From Tubiluchus corallicola (lineage: Eukaryota; Animalia; Priapulida), in NCBI GenBank assembly GCA_030141605.1, contig JAQGDQ010001541.1:1-35595 (forward strand): DNA of 35,595 nucleotides. Direction: 5' to 3'. Positions 34,484-35,595 of this stretch are shown here, one piece after another. Under the pieces are notes generated by a model, which was not told the DNA's origin, did no database searches, and was given only the letters and a program-made list of their open reading frames with translations. Each line of letters starts with the position of its first letter. Positions within the stretch are counted from its first letter, which is position 1. The translations under genes and the position numbers were made by a program.

Positions 34484-35595
34484 GTGAATAGTTAGGATTA
34501 GGATTAGGGGATGAAGAGTTAGGATTAGGATTAGCGGATGGATAGTTAGGATTAGGATAAGAGGGTGAATAGTTAGGATTAGGATTAGGGGATGAATAGT
34601 TAGGATTAGGATTAGGGGATGAGTAGTTAGGATTAGGATTAGGGGAAGGATAGTTAAGATTAGGAATACGGGATGAATAGTTAGGATTAGGATTAGGGGA
34701 TGAATAGTTAGGATTAGGATTAGGGGATGGATAGTTAGGATTAGGATTAGGGGATGAATAGTTAGGATTAGGATTAGGGGATGACTTGTTAGGATTAAGA
34801 TTAGGGGATGACGAGTTAGGATTAGGGGATGGATAGTTAGGATTAGGATTAGGGGATGAGTAGTTAGGATTAGGAATAGGGGATGAATAGTTAGGATTAG
34901 GATTAGGGGACGGATAGTTAGGATTATGATAAGAGGATGAATAGTTAGGATTAGGAATAGGGGATGAATAGTTAGGATTAGGATTAGGAGATGAATAGTT
35001 AGGATTAGGATTAGGGGATGAATAGTTAGGATTAGGATTAGGGGATGAATAGTTAGGATTAGGATTAGAGGATGAATAGTTAGGATTAGGATTAGGGGAT
35101 GAATAGTTAGGATTAGGATTAGGGGATGAATAGTTAGGATTAGGATTAGGGGATGAATAGTTAGGATTAGGATTAGGGGATGAATAGTTAGGATTAGGAT
35201 TAGGGGATGAATAGTTAGGATTAGGATTAGGGGATGAGTAGTTAGGATTAGGATTAGGGGATGAATAGTTAGGATTAGGATTAGGGGATGAATAGTTAGG
35301 ATTAGGATTAGGGGATGAATAGTTAGGATTAGGATTAGGGGATGGATAGTTAGGATTAGGATTAGGAGATGGATAGTTAGGATTAGGATTAGGGGGTGAA
35401 TAGTTAGGATTAGGATTAGGGGATGAGTAGTTAGGATTAGGATTAGGGGATGAATAGTTAGGATTAGGATTAGGGGATGAATAGTTAGGATTAGGATTAG
35501 GGGATGAATAGTTAGGATTAGGATTAGGGGTTGAATAGTTAGGATTAGGATTAGGAGATGAATAGTTAGGATTAAGATTAGGGGATGAATAGTTA
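34484..35595. repeat. 27-bp telomere-like satellite TAG(TTAGGA)2TTAGGGGATGAA, at least 40 copies, running off the window end
   Basis: Directly visible; units are more homogeneous toward the 3' end. Confidence 0.97.

Overview
Eukaryotic, AT-rich and extremely repeat-dense DNA, most likely from an invertebrate animal (inferred from spliced genes and transposon content). There are no prokaryotic genes, CRISPR arrays or rRNA/tRNA genes, and almost every ORF in the supplied track is a by-product of tandem repeats. Two real genes converge tail-to-tail. The + strand gene has four phase-compatible exons (9362-9386, 16086-16233, 21686-21824, 25502-25873) encoding the C-terminal ~227 aa of a protein I cannot name. 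The - strand gene is represented only by a long terminal exon (31392-30618). The rest is about 20 different micro- and minisatellite arrays plus transposon relics. These relics are a PIF/Harbinger-type MITE with a TTA target duplication, four copies of a related MITE, an internally deleted hAT element that keeps its transposase dimerisation motif, and a truncated Penelope-like retroelement. The Penelope-like element has a GIY-YIG endonuclease remnant, a minimal hammerhead-ribozyme motif and an inverted partial terminal repeat. The recurring theme is that pieces of transposon ends and splice-site-adjacent DNA have been locally amplified into new tandem arrays. I found no convincing new multi-gene system; the strongest leads are listed as findings.
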